Assembly (NCBI GenBank): GCA_001949185.1
Contig: BDGG01000005.1
Span: 372,001 to 436,000 of the forward strand
Reading direction: 5' to 3'
DNA from: Ramazzottius varieornatus
Lineage: Eukaryota; Animalia; Tardigrada
DNA: 64,000 bases
The notes below the pieces were generated by a model. The model saw only the letters and a program-made list of their open reading frames with translations. It did not search any database and was not told where the DNA came from. Both the position numbers and the translations under genes were made by a program. Positions 1 through 14,041 of this stretch are shown here, piece after piece. Every line of letters starts with the position of its first letter. The stretch's first letter is position 1.

Positions 1-583
1 ACGTGTTCTGCATTGTCGGTTCGATGGAGCTTCCCAATCCACCACTCACAGGTAAGTCACGCCCCGTGCACATAGCTGATCCTCCCTCGACTTGATGCAT
101 TTTCATGTTAACCAATGAGGCGATTTGCTCTATTTTTGAAATTTCTGTTTTTACCTCTATTTGGGCGGAGTTACATTATCCAATCCCAATGGAGAATCCT
201 ACGTCATCCAACTCTCCTCGTGATTTTCCATCAGAATTTTAGTAAATTTTGCACGTGTATCACTCTGGCACTGCTGCAATCAGACTGTCAGAGTAATCAG
301 TTGTCATATCAGTTATCACATCCATAATTCCAAAATACCTCTTCGCTACGAATCCAGATCTTATCTTCATTTTGACTTTGTCTTCTGTTTGCAGGGTATC
401 GAGGAGGGTTGAATCTACTTTCCCGACATCTACAGCGTCATCGACCACCGCAGCTTACTGTTTACCTTTCCTTGTTGGAAGTACGGACCACGCTGTTTCC
501 CAACTGGTGACTGGCGCTTCCTGATACCATATTCTTTCGAACAAACCTCGACTACCTTCTGGAGCGAGACACCAGAAGTTGAA

Positions 584-1354
584 ATGGAAGCTGATCCAGC
601 TCAAGAAGATTCCTGCACTCCTCCTCTGCGCGCCTTCGACCCGTCGGTGTTCTTGGGAGAAGAATCCGTGAGACGGAATCATCCGCTCGTGATTAATTTC
701 CACAGGGATGTTCTCCCTGCAGCCGTCGACGTGGTAAGGGCAGCGTTTCGACAGTACGCAGGAAGTCCGCTGGCCGTAGCGTTCAACGGAGGCAAAGACT
801 GTACTGTTTTACTGGACCTGGTTATTCGCACTTTCCGCGAATTTAGCTCGGAAGAAGATCTTTCTCATCAGTCGGTACCTATCCTGGCAGTATATTTCCG
901 CAGTCGGCCGCAGTTCCCCGAAGTTGAAAAGTTCATACAGGAAAAGATTCGCGAACTCGACATTCCGCTGGAAATATACGACGGTGACTTGAAGGAGTCT
1001 CTCGGGAAGTTCGTGCAAAGCCATCCTTCCGTTAAAGGTATATTTATGGGCACGCGCAGTGGTGATCCGCGTTCGCAACACTTGGAAGCCTTTAGTCCGA
1101 CAGATCCGTCCTGGCCACCCATCATGAGGATTTTGCCTTTGCTGAAAATGTCTTACCATAACATTTGGCTTTATTTACTAGACTTCAAAGTTTCTTATTG
1201 CAAAATGTATGATAATGGTTATAGCTCAATAGGCTGGAAATACAATACTTTTGTAAATCCGAAACTTGTTTTAAACCATGTGGACGGAAGAACCGAGTAT
1301 AAACCTGCGTATTTGCTTGAAGATTCTGATGAGGAAAGGTTATACCGAAAATAA
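584..1354 (+). CDS. FLAD1: FAD synthase (FMN adenylyltransferase, PAPS-reductase-type domain)
   Basis: 256-aa intronless ORF with AFNGGKDCTVLL PP-loop, GTRSGDP, FSPTDPSWPPIMRILPL and YCKMYDNGYSSIG motifs. An upstream donor (51) and acceptor (394) suggest a 5' exon. Confidence 0.9.
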   Translation: MEADPAQEDSCTPPLRAFDPSVFLGEESVRRNHPLVINFHRDVLPAAVDVVRAAFRQYAGSPLAVAFNGGKDCTVLLDLVIRTFREFSSEEDLSHQSVPILAVYFRSRPQFPEVEKFIQEKIRELDIPLEIYDGDLKESLGKFVQSHPSVKGIFMGTRSGDPRSQHLEAFSPTDPSWPPIMRILPLLKMSYHNIWLYLLDFKVSYCKMYDNGYSSIGWKYNTFVNPKLVLNHVDGRTEYKPAYLLEDSDEERLYRK

Positions 1355-1745
1355 AAAACTAGGGTCACTTTTCATGTTTTATCCTAATGATGCTTGAAGG
1401 ACTAGAGCGTTAAATTTGAGGTTCATTAACAGAATGAGAACCTTTGTACTTCCGCCCTATGGTAAACATATGACCTTCCGTCTGCAGGTGTGTGAAAGAC
1501 TAGCCCAAGCACGTCGAATGATCAAATGTATTCACACTCGGAAAACTTTATTCTTCGACGGAAAACTTCATTCACTTACTGACTTACCGAATGGCGATAA
1601 AAACGCGAGAAAAGATCGCACAAATCTTTAAAACGGAAGAATGTACTAGTAAAAAAAAAGCACATGAACTTCAAGAGTAGGCTCGTCGTTCGAAAGTCTG
1701 GTGGAGAAACATAATCACAAACATGCTTGGCTCAAACAGACGCGC

Positions 1746-3786
1746 TCAAAGTTCGGTCTTATTTTTAACTGCCTTGCCATTGCGATCGAATCCTTGCAAT
1801 TTGTTTGTGGATTCCTTCGCTAAGTACTTAATGAAATCATCGACTTCGCGAGCTCCATTGTACGTTCTGGGGTTCTTCTTGTCTCCTTTAGGAGCGAAGT
1901 AAATGGTGGGGAAGCCGCGAACGTCGTAGGTACTTGGCACGTCGTTGGCAGTGGCGTCCATCTTGGCAATGGTGATTTCGGGTTCGTTCTTCAGCTTCTC
2001 TGCGAGCTCGTCGTAGATGGGAGTCAGCTTCCTTTAAGAAGATCACCGAATTAGTCATTACATGCACCTGCGTACCGGCGCACAATCTTAAAAGCACACA
2101 CTAGTTTGTGCAGGTTGGCTTTGCCCAATTGCACCGTTACTTACTTGCAGTGCCCGCACCAAGGTGCATAAAACTCAATCAGGACATCCTTATCTTCGTT
2201 ATTGACGATCTGGTCGAAGTTCTTTGCGACGACCACCTTGACGGCAGACGAGCTGAAGCATTAAAGTATGTAAGTCAGACAACCACCATAACTACATGGT
2301 AATTATGAAAGAAGATACATACTCGTCTTCGGGAATGGGTTCGGATTTTAAGTAAGGTTCCAAAGCACCTTCCAAGTAGTCGGAGACGAACTTCTGCAAG
2401 TTTTCCACTGAAAACTCATCCTTCATGACGTACTTCCTCATCTTCTCATCCCGGATAGTGGCGACTGGCTTCTTGTTGTCAGTATCACCCAAACCGTACT
2501 CTTGGAGCTCGCTGGCAAACTCACTGACACTGCTGACGGCAAAGTTGAGCTTGTTCCTCAACTTTTCGGCTTGGCTGCTAACAAGCTGCAAAGAGGAAGC
2601 AACCAGTCAATCCAACTTCCCGTTATTCATTAAACTCAACAAGATCGTGTCTCAAGTGGCGCACACTGGCGGCCAACAACACTGGAAAAATGCGCCAGTT
2701 GGGACTACAACCGATGGATCCAACTTCCGGTTGTATCAATTATCTCACAGAATGGATCGTTATGTACCTTCAGAATTCGGTTGCGCCAGTAGTTGCTTCC
2801 CTTAGGATCCTTCGTATAGTCCACGTTGTAGTACACAGTCAGAAGAGGGTTCTTGAAGTTGGCCACGTTGGCAGTTGTGCGATGTCCGACCATACCATGC
2901 ACTCCTTCAGCAACGCACTGCTTCAACCCAGCAGCGTCAGTAGTCTCGCTGGCATCACACACGACATGCTCCGGCTCAAACTTGTTATGTAGGCGCTTGG
3001 GTCGGTGAATGACGATCTTGTCTTTGAGCTCCCCGAGGATATCGTCCGAAGCGGTGTGGGCGAAACGAAGCTCTTCCTTGAGACCATCAGCCATCTTGTG
3101 GTAAAGATCCTTAACAGCGCCTGCAGCGGATGACAGGTATCCAACCACGACAGCTTCCGATCCGCTCATGAACTTCTCCAGGTCGGAGGCTGACTTGAGT
3201 TCTCTGGAGCTAGGTCCGGACTCTGTTCTCATGCTTTTAATGATGCCATCAGCCTCCCGAGGTCCACTGTAGTCTTTGGCCACTTCACCATTGCGGAAAA
3301 TCTTCAAGGTTGGATAGCCGGAAACGCCGTGCTTCGAGCAAGTATCTTGGTTAGCTGTGCAGTCAACCTTGATGAGAGGAACAGCGGGATCTTCGTTTTT
3401 CAATGCCGTAGCTGCCTTTTCGTACTCGGGAGCCAGACGTTTGCAGTGACCACACCTAAAACATAATCCATTGAAAATTAATTCCAAATACTTCCATACC
3501 TGATCAAACAATCAAGCGAAGCTGTTCATGCCACGTTGGCAGAAATTGCGAATACTCTTCCAAAAATCAGCTCTTGTACATCATCCGTCAGACACCTGTC
3601 AAACGCAGCGCAAATATTTGCTCGAATAGTCGATAAGATCTGCACCTACCACGGAGCGAAGAATTCAACGAGCGCCACGTTGTGATCCGCAATCTTGACG
3701 TCGAAGTCGGCATCAGTATACTCCAGAACGTCGCTGGCCAGTGCGAGCCGGAGCAGCACCCCTAAAAGAAGGACGTGACGGAACAT
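1746..3786 (-). CDS. PDIA3: Protein disulfide-isomerase A3 (ERp57), 5 exons
   Basis: Signal peptide [17 protein letters not shown], two WCGHCK thioredoxin sites (both split by introns), [10 protein letters not shown]-terminal KTEL. Exons ~3786-3650, 3455-2768, 2585-2323, 2252-2145, 2031-1746. Confidence 0.96.
2636..2712 (+). mobile_element. Fold-back (MITE-like) element, copy 1, PDIA3 intron 2
   Basis: caagatcgtgtctcAAGTGGCGCA-ggccaacaacactg-TGCGCCAgttgggac. Confidence 0.75.
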
Positions 3787-4247
3787 TTTGCTGCTTCCTG
3801 CGAAGGAATCTCTCATGCAAAACAGTCAAACACACTCTTGTTCACGAGAAGAAAGAGATGACTTGGACCGGCGACGTTTCCTCGTGGCCAAAACATGAAA
3901 TAAAATCTCTCTGCTAAGATAATTTCATCTGCTACGCCAGAGTGCTCTGGCTGCGCCACTTCAACGTCATCACATCAAGGCCGGTGCACTTATTGACCCA
4001 CGTCACTAAGCGGATTCAGTATGGGCGGAGCGTATGCATAATGACCGCTGGCATGCACCTAAATAAACATGCAACGTCCTTCCTAGAGTTTTGACTTGCT
4101 CCCCCATCTTTGTTCGGCACAACTTTCAACATACGAAGTGAAATCCTTGCTTTACCCGAAACCGAGACAGTCAAATAGAAAAACAGCCCGAAAGTTCGCA
4201 AACAAAGTCACCATGTACAATAGTACGGTCGAACATGCCGGAGAAGG

Positions 4248-6462
4248 CTAATAACCGAGGAGGACCGCGCACACAAAAGTGGTCAAGTCACCGCTAGCAA
4301 ATTTTCCAGAGGTCTCGGTAGACCAATTCTTAGTAAACTCATTTCCAATGACATTGTTATAACCTCCACCAAATATCGGAATCAGAGGGAACTCTTCTCG
4401 AAGTTGGGTGATGTCAATCTCCAAACGCTCGGTTTCTTCCGGTGTAATCTCATACCTCACCACATTTCGGAAGTAGAATAGGAACATTCTTCCGCTCATC
4501 ACTTGAGGCGTCGTAAACTGATCGCGAAGGCCTCGAAGCTTCGCCTTTCGTTCTTGTTTCCTTATGTCACTAGCTAGAAAGATCTGATACGCTGTCGCGG
4601 AACTGCCACCAAAGGCAATCCATTCTACTGCGTTATCGTCAGACCTGACCATATTCAAAGGATTCAGGACCAGAACGGGGAAGTTTGGGCATTCAACGGC
4701 ATCATAGTTGGGATACCTGCAAACAGAAGTACATAAATTGGAACTTCTATCAAAAGTGGGAGCTCGGCGCTCTAACTCGCCAACATTGTTTCTCGAATGG
4801 TGCATATTGTCAGTCTTATTGGCTGGAAGCATGCGCCACTTGGATAAACGATCTTGTCGTGTCTGTGCGTACCTTTGCGAGATTATAATGACAAGTTTGG
4901 GTGCGAGTATTTCGAGTTCTTTAATTATGGGAAGAAGGAACCGATTATGGGTCCTGTTTCCGAGCCAACCCGAATCCCGTAGAAGTTTCCGCAGGTCTGA
5001 ATCGCTTAAGCGTTCCTGCCAAACATTCACTCCAGCCATCTTGGGGATGAACAGCATACCCAAGTCCCGCGAACTTTCCCTGCAACCATAGTGGTCGACC
5101 TTACGAGTGTTAGTCGATGGGATTGGTCGGGGCGGAAGCACACTCTGTGTTCGCACATGCACGAACTTCGAAGGAGCAGCCAGCCCAGCAGCTCGTGGCA
5201 TCAAGTCAGATATCAAATCTGCCAAGACCTTGAGCTCACCAAGATGAGGACTCCGGCAGCTACTGACGTTCATCTGATACTCGTACAGGATACGCGCGTT
5301 GCAGAACACTAACACAACTTCCGGTTCGCAGTAGATATCCGACAGAAGGGTGCCAAAGATCATCCGTTCGTTCTGCCGATTCTGACCGTCCAAGGCGGTG
5401 ATGATGGACGACCGGAGGATCCAGTCGAACGTCTGTCGACGATGCTGCTGCTTCTCTTGGTTACAGATATCCCGTAGAAGTACACAACTCTGTTAGGAAG
5501 ATAGTTAGGACACTGTTGAACGTTTGACCAACGGATGAGATCAGAGACATACAATCCCCAGTTTCCTGTAGGCATACTTGAGACGTTTTGTTTACCTGAC
5601 TCAGTCCATTCAGCGACCTCATCGGTAAATGCTTTACAATGGAAGCTGCGATAGGCGGAATCGTCAGCAACGTCGAAATCATACCGCACATTTTCCGCGT
5701 CAGTTCCACAGGCTTATCCACTGCGCGACTCGTCGAAGGAAAACTACCTTCCTGTGCAGGGCGCCGTTCTTTTATTGTGCCACTATTCGGAGCGACATTA
5801 CCGAGAGACGTCCGCTGGCTAGCTACTCTCTGCGGCGCGAAGGTGTCATCGTCAGATGCGTCAGAAGAGGACTCCGAGCTGCTGAGAATCCTCAAACCTG
5901 AAGTACGTATCCTTGAAGGCTTTCCGCGGCCCGTCGAGGTGGACGGTTTGTTATCATCGTCGCTAACAACGATGATGTCCTCATCTACAAGCACCTTTGG
6001 CTTCTTGTCAAGCTTCTCCATCTTGACTTTCTTCTTTCTTGGCTTATTGTGTGACAGTGTGCCTAAGAAGAAATTCCATGACTCAGCCTTTGCTTTACGG
6101 AGCTCCTCATCCGGCTCCTCGTTGTCAGTAGATTCGGCATCGCCATTAGACTGCGTTGGTATAACGCTAGTTGATGCTTTCACGGGCCTCTTGGCCACCG
6201 CATGCTTCTTAGTCTGTTTTCGCCTCCAAACCTTCTTGCGCTTTGGCCTCTTCTTGCTTTTTGCTCCATCTGTCTTAGTTAGGCCTATAGCCTTTGCTAG
6301 CCTCTTCCGCACAGGATCTTTCGCGGTGCGTCTGCTGTTCTTGGTCCGGCGGGATCCGGTGGCCGTGGACGATGCATTAGCTTTCACGCGCGCCGATAGC
6401 AGACCATTGAGATCTGCAACATGTGGACGTACGCTCATCAAGATACCATATGAGGCACTCAT
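4248..6462 (-). CDS. F-box protein, FBXO22-like (F-box plus divergent FIST-C region) with long basic N-terminal extension
   Basis: Removing GT-AG intron 5595-5490 gives the F-box LPMRSLNGLSQSCVLLRDIC. C-terminal FPLIPIFGG...IG...TTFV resembles the FBXO22 FIST-C end. A possible extra 5' exon starts near 6624. Confidence 0.65.
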
Positions 6463-7723
6463 ATCTACATTCGAACTCTAAGCGTAACCGATCGGAGAAA
6501 GACATTTGGCACAGGAGAATACTGAACAGGACCATTCCTCACCAGCCTTAATCAGTCCTTGACTCTTAAACTTACAGGATGCCGAGATCAATGGTTTTTT
6601 GTCCTTCGGTATGATGGGTCCCATTCTTCCTCGGTCGTGCAACGCTCACATGCAGCATCAAGAATCACGTTCAATGAACAAGAGCAACTGACGCAAAACA
6701 CCCACAACTATTCGATTTTATAGTGCCAGAGTGCCAACAACTACGAATGAGATCACTGATTCACTGGTGCCAAACGGCATGAAAATGGAGCAGCCGCTAC
6801 TTGACCTCTTTGACTAGGGGTCCAGTGATTAGGCCACAATACTGCGGTGATTCGAAAAAGCTAAGCACTTTTGACTGCAATGACGGAGGTGGAACTAGAA
6901 TTCCGCATATGTACGAGGCACACATGACGCTTGTCCATCATGAAAACTAAGGTTGGGTTCATAACAGGGATGGGAACACTCTTGAACAGGGAAATTTCTG
7001 GACCGCTGCTCTGGGCCATATGTCGGCATTCCGGGTGAACAAATGCAAATTTCATCTGTGAGTCTCTTGCAGTCACTTGTTTGTTTGAACTTCAAAAAGC
7101 TATAATCATACTCCAGAACAACTGAAAATGTTATGCAGCTCTCTTACGTGCACGGGGCCTTTTTCGGACGTTTGCTTGATGTTAAATTACAGTTTGGAAG
7201 ATAGCCAGTCGGAGTATGGGAGGTGTGGCTCAAGAATGGATGAGGGCTTGGACCTATGGTGGAGCACCTGACCTTGACCTTGCGTATCTTTATGCCTGTT
7301 CGACGGTCGACCTCTCCGAGCACCACTGACTGAGATCATAACCGCAGAAGAAATTAGAATACTCAAGGGGACTCTGAATCTCAAACTCATCAAAGGAAGC
7401 TCGAGCTCCAGACAGCACGATCCTTTTCTCAGGATGATTCCCCGATTTTTTGCTGGTTTTTCCATTTTTTTTAGTTTTTGCTCAGTCATGACTTTGTGTC
7501 TGATCAATCAAATTCGTATGAATCAACTGGCGAAAACAGCTAGTTGATTAACATAGAACTGATTACTCTCAGGACCCTGCCGGTCGGACAATGGTACGAC
7601 CGACAGGGTATGACATAACTCGTGCTGCCTGCTGTACGATCGGCAGCCACGCGGCTGGGTAACTAGGTAGGAAGGTAGATGATCGTACAATGGTACAATC
7701 GCCAGGGTGGGTGGGGAGGTTGG

Positions 7724-7893
7724 TTGATCACTAGTGGTTGACCATTATCTTGCTGTCTTGACCACTAGTGGTTGACCATGGGTCTTTTTAGGTTGAGCCC
7801 TAGGGGCCGGCCATTGGTTTTGCTATGTTTGACCACCGATACTAGCCATTGGCATTGATAGGTTGACCGCCCAATCGCAGCTGGTTTATTGGC
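7724..7893. repeat. Degenerate ~35-bp minisatellite, about 5 units (TTGACCACTAGTGGTTGACCAT-like)
   Basis: Units start at 7724, 7758, 7793, 7829 and 7863; units 1 and 2 share CACTAGTGGTTGACCAT exactly. Confidence 0.6.
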
Positions 7894-8538
7894 CCGTCGT
7901 TTCTGTCTATTGGTCAATGGACGTGGTAACTGGTCTGAGCGGAGTCCAGTTTACTGGAGTTGATTATTTGACTGAAAGACGCTTTTCACTACGTCAGATG
8001 TGAATGAACCTTGGTTCTTATCCTTTGATCATTCCGCCATAGGCTCAGGCTTGCCATAGTTTCCCCAATTTGAGGGCTTTAGAATGCCTGAACAGCTTTC
8101 TACGATGACGCAAGCGGTCTATGATTCATTCTAAAGCTACGCTGGAAGGCCAGCCTTTTGGGGGAAGCTCTCGCAAGACAGAAATTCCATTGTTAATTAA
8201 GGACAAAGCCCAGCCCAGCAGTGGTTCTCTTCGCAAACTCCGGTTTGCTTTCCGATTCAAAAAGTGCAGTAATGGAAGTTATGGACCTTCCAAAATCTAA
8301 ATATTAAGTTTCCATTCTTGTTGTTTTCTCGCATTTACCTGTAGACAGTACTCCTGTCCGCCCATCCAACTCCATTATTCCAAAACATCATCCTATGAAA
8401 TTTTACCCGCGGGTTTATTTCATGAAGAGTGAAGGACGACTCTCCGCGGGGCTGGAGTCGCTGGATGTGTGGTGCAGCGCGTGGTGTATATGAACGAGCC
8501 ACACGGAAACTTGATGAGTTTTGCTGCATCTTTTGGGG

Positions 8539-9402
8539 ATGACCACTCGGATACTGACCCGTAGAATTACCTTTCAGAATTATCGATATGCAACACGGTA
8601 CGTTGGACACGTAGTTAATAATCTAACTGATCCATCCGAGCTTTGCTCGGTGGTATCTCTGAGCAGTTTGATATTAAAGATATAATGTTTGGATTTTATG
8701 CATTCTAGGCACTGTATCACGTCTTTGTGTAAAGCTCCAGATTCCGACTTCGAGCTACAGAGACGTCCTTTGGGTTTCGGCAGCTTTGCAATTCTAGGAA
8801 GCCGAAGCAAAGAATTTTCGGAACGAAGAGTGTTAGGGTAGGCATCATCTCGCACGTTGTTGCCGGATGTTTGTGTGGCAGTGGGATCCAGTCCAACGAG
8901 CTAGGTTTTCCTCATTTCCACTCGGAATTTCACATTACGTTCTGTTTGCAGGTACACGATGGAGCAAATGTTTGACGTCGTAGCGGACGTCCGAAAATAT
9001 AAGGAGTTTGTACCTTGGTGCACGAACTCCACACTACTATACAGCAGGCAAGGACCACCCGATAACGAAAAGTACCAGATGGAAATTGGGTTTCCGCCCA
9101 TATCAGAACGATACACTTCGAATGTGACGTTAGTTCGTCCGAATCTCGTGAAGGCTGTAAGCACCGAAGGAAGATTGTTTAATCATTTGATGACGGAATG
9201 GAAATTCAGTCCTGGACTGAAAGATAACGCCAAGAGCTGCACACTAGACTTTTCCGTTTCCTTTGAGTTTCGAAATGTTTTATATACGAAGATGTCTCAG
9301 GTGTTTTTTGATGAAGTCGTACGGCAAATGGTCAATGCGTTTCTAAAGAGAGCTAAAAAGATGTATGGAGCTCCTTCGATACCTGATCGCAAACTTCGAT
9401 GA
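8539..9402 (+). CDS. COQ10: Coenzyme Q-binding protein COQ10, mitochondrial, 3 exons
   Basis: Spliced product (introns 8598-8708, 8838-8951) reads MTTRILTRRITF... (Arg-rich presequence), then [45 protein letters not shown] and FFDEVVRQMVNAFLKRA. Confidence 0.92.
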
Positions 9403-9747
9403 TCTGATGTCTTCACTATTTTGGTTTTGTCGACCTTCGACCGGTAATTTGCTCTACAAAGAGATACATTATAGTTTCAACAGCAATGTCTTGTTTTATT
9501 CCCAATGGTATGATAAAATACTTATTCAATGAAGAAAACCACTCGAGTAAAATACAACTGGGTTTCCTAGTTTAGGTCAGTTCGAAACAAGAATTACGTT
9601 GACAAGAAAAACAAGAGCTCGTCTACAGTTCCGCACACTCCTTATCACTATTCCCACAAGTTGAAACAACCCTTAAAACAACACAAACGAAACTTCTCAA
9701 CTGTCCCAACAGAAAGATTCCGCAGAACCTTCGCCCCTGGCAAATAC

Positions 9748-12138
<2,391 letters not shown>

Positions 12139-12545
12139 TTAGAATTCGGAAGGCTTCGAGCCGGCCGGTTCCAGCAAGTTAACAACGCCGCCACCGCACC
12201 GGAAGTTAACTGGAAGCCTACTTAGAGGATCGAGGTTGAATATTCCAGACGAAAGGCAGATGAAGGAGAAGCGCAGACGAGAAATCCGTAGGATCCGAGG
12301 GATGATCGCCGATAAAGTCAGGAAAGACGCAGCAGATTTGAAGAGATGATTTCCCAATCGCTTTCTCGAGAAGTCAGAAGTGCACGAGACAAAAGTGTTG
12401 CATCAGACTGCGATTCTCATCCGGTCAGCTGGCTCACATTGGATTCTCAGGTTGAAGATCATCGCATTGCGTTTTCACGACGCAAAACCAGTCGTACTTT
12501 TTCGGATTCGCTGTACCCACGTGATCAATTTCACGTACGAGCCTG

Positions 12546-12559
12546 CTCTAGAAAATTCT
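12546..12559. promoter_or_regulatory. Heat-shock-element-like motif in the HSP60/HSP10 bidirectional promoter
   Basis: cTCtaGAAaaTTCt is a near-perfect three-unit nGAAn array; a second, GAAtaTTCcaGAc, lies at ~12238-12250. Confidence 0.5.
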
Positions 12560-12770
12560 TCCAGTTTATCGTTTACTCGCAACCGGCTTCCATCATTTCC
12601 ATGCTTATCAGTCACATCCCTGCAAGCTGCGGAACTGTTTCGTCCATCTTATCTGTTTCTTTGGAGGTCTCTACTGCACTCATCTCTCGTGTTCGGATCG
12701 ACGTATTGGTGCGAGGTCGACACCATCCATTTTTTGTCTGTTCGAGCGATTACTCCTTATTCCGTAACAA

Positions 12771-13614
12771 ATGGTAAGTAAGGTGTTCGTTTCTGTGACC
12801 ATGGATGTTTGGCCGTGGGAATTATGTTGCAATACTCGCTCTGGGTAGTAATCCCCGCTGGCCGGGATTGTTGATGGAATATTATGTTTTCTCTACAGGC
12901 TTCGGCGGCGTTGAAGACTGCGGCGCGTCAAGTTACCAGATTTCAGCCCATGTTCGACCGAGTACTGGTCGAGCGATTTGCTCCAGAGACAAAGACGAAA
13001 TCTGGCATTATGTTACCTGAGAAAGCAGTTGGGAAAGTACTTGAGGCAACTGTTGTGGCCGTTGGACCAGGTGCAACGTCGCGCGAGGTATGCGAGTACC
13101 AGAAGAACATTCAAACCGTTTCGGCAAAATTATCTTCCCAGTGGCGCATGGTGTCAGTGTTACTGGTTGATAGCGTGCGCCACTTGAAAACGATCTTGTC
13201 GACTTTGCGTGCCTAGACCCCAATTAAGCGCCAGGCTCTATTTTACTATCGTGCTTTACGTTTTCAGACTGGAAAACTAATACCACCCGCGGTAAAGGTT
13301 GGAGATCGAGTTCTTCTTCCCGAGTACGGTGGTACAAAGGTGGAGCTGGAGGATAAGGTAACAGGGTGACTTATGATGCCCATACCGCGGAAATTATAGT
13401 ACTAAATACGGGATTTCTCCCTAGTCTCTTGTGCTCAGTCTGTTTTGTTGGTTTTAGGAATACTTCCTGTTCAGAGATACGGATATCCTAGGTAACTGGA
13501 TTTTCGCGAGTCAGTCTTGGTCTGTAAAGTGATGAAACTCGTCAAAAACTTGCTTGTTTCACAGGCAAATACTCTGACTCTGAGGGCGGAAGTACAGATA
13601 CCCAAAGACACTAG
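12771..13614 (+). CDS. HSPE1: Mitochondrial co-chaperonin HSP10, 5 exons
   Basis: ATG-only first exon, then FQPMFDRVLVER, TKSGIMLPEK, VVAVGPG, VKVGDRVLLPEYGGTKV and YFLFRDTDILGKY; head-to-head with HSP60. Confidence 0.96.
13129..13211 (-). mobile_element. Fold-back element, copy 2, HSP10 intron 2
   Basis: ttcccAGTGGCGCA-tcagtgttactggttga-TGCGCCACTTgaaaacgatcttgtcga. Confidence 0.8.
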
Positions 13615-14041
13615 ACCATTCTGTTAGTATTGTTATTTTGTTTCGACGAACCGGCCGTAAGATGTTCGAATTTTTGGATTGGTTGGACTTCTTGTATCGC
13701 TGTCGGTTGTTTCTTCGTGTGAAAATTTTATCCAAAAAGTGTCTTGTGAGTGGGGCAAACTTGATTATAATGTAATCGATGAAATATGATCGTTTCGCTT
13801 CAATAGTGGTTCACAAGTGGAAGCATAATTAAAAACCGAAGGGTAGCAAAACCCACAAAAACGACTCAAAATTTCAAGAAAAAAACAGACATTACGAGTA
13901 ACTTAGGCCGATTACGCTGAATAGTCTTTTGTAAGCAGCAGATCGAGACTTGAATAAATACGAAAGCGATATTTATCTCTGAAAATCGTTCTCTTTCGGA
14001 AATCCCAGGCTGCCTTCCTTCCACCTTCACTTCTGTCAGAA

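Noticed and set aside
5639-6481. 280-aa plus-strand ORF
   Set aside because: Antisense shadow of the low-complexity FBXO22-like exon; no domain features.
6840-7560. Possible transposase or gene fragment
   Set aside because: All frames are interrupted and I recognised no motif.
7724-7893. Regularly spaced ~35-bp units as a possible CRISPR array
   Set aside because: Degenerate tandem units with no repeat-spacer structure, no cas genes, and a eukaryotic context.
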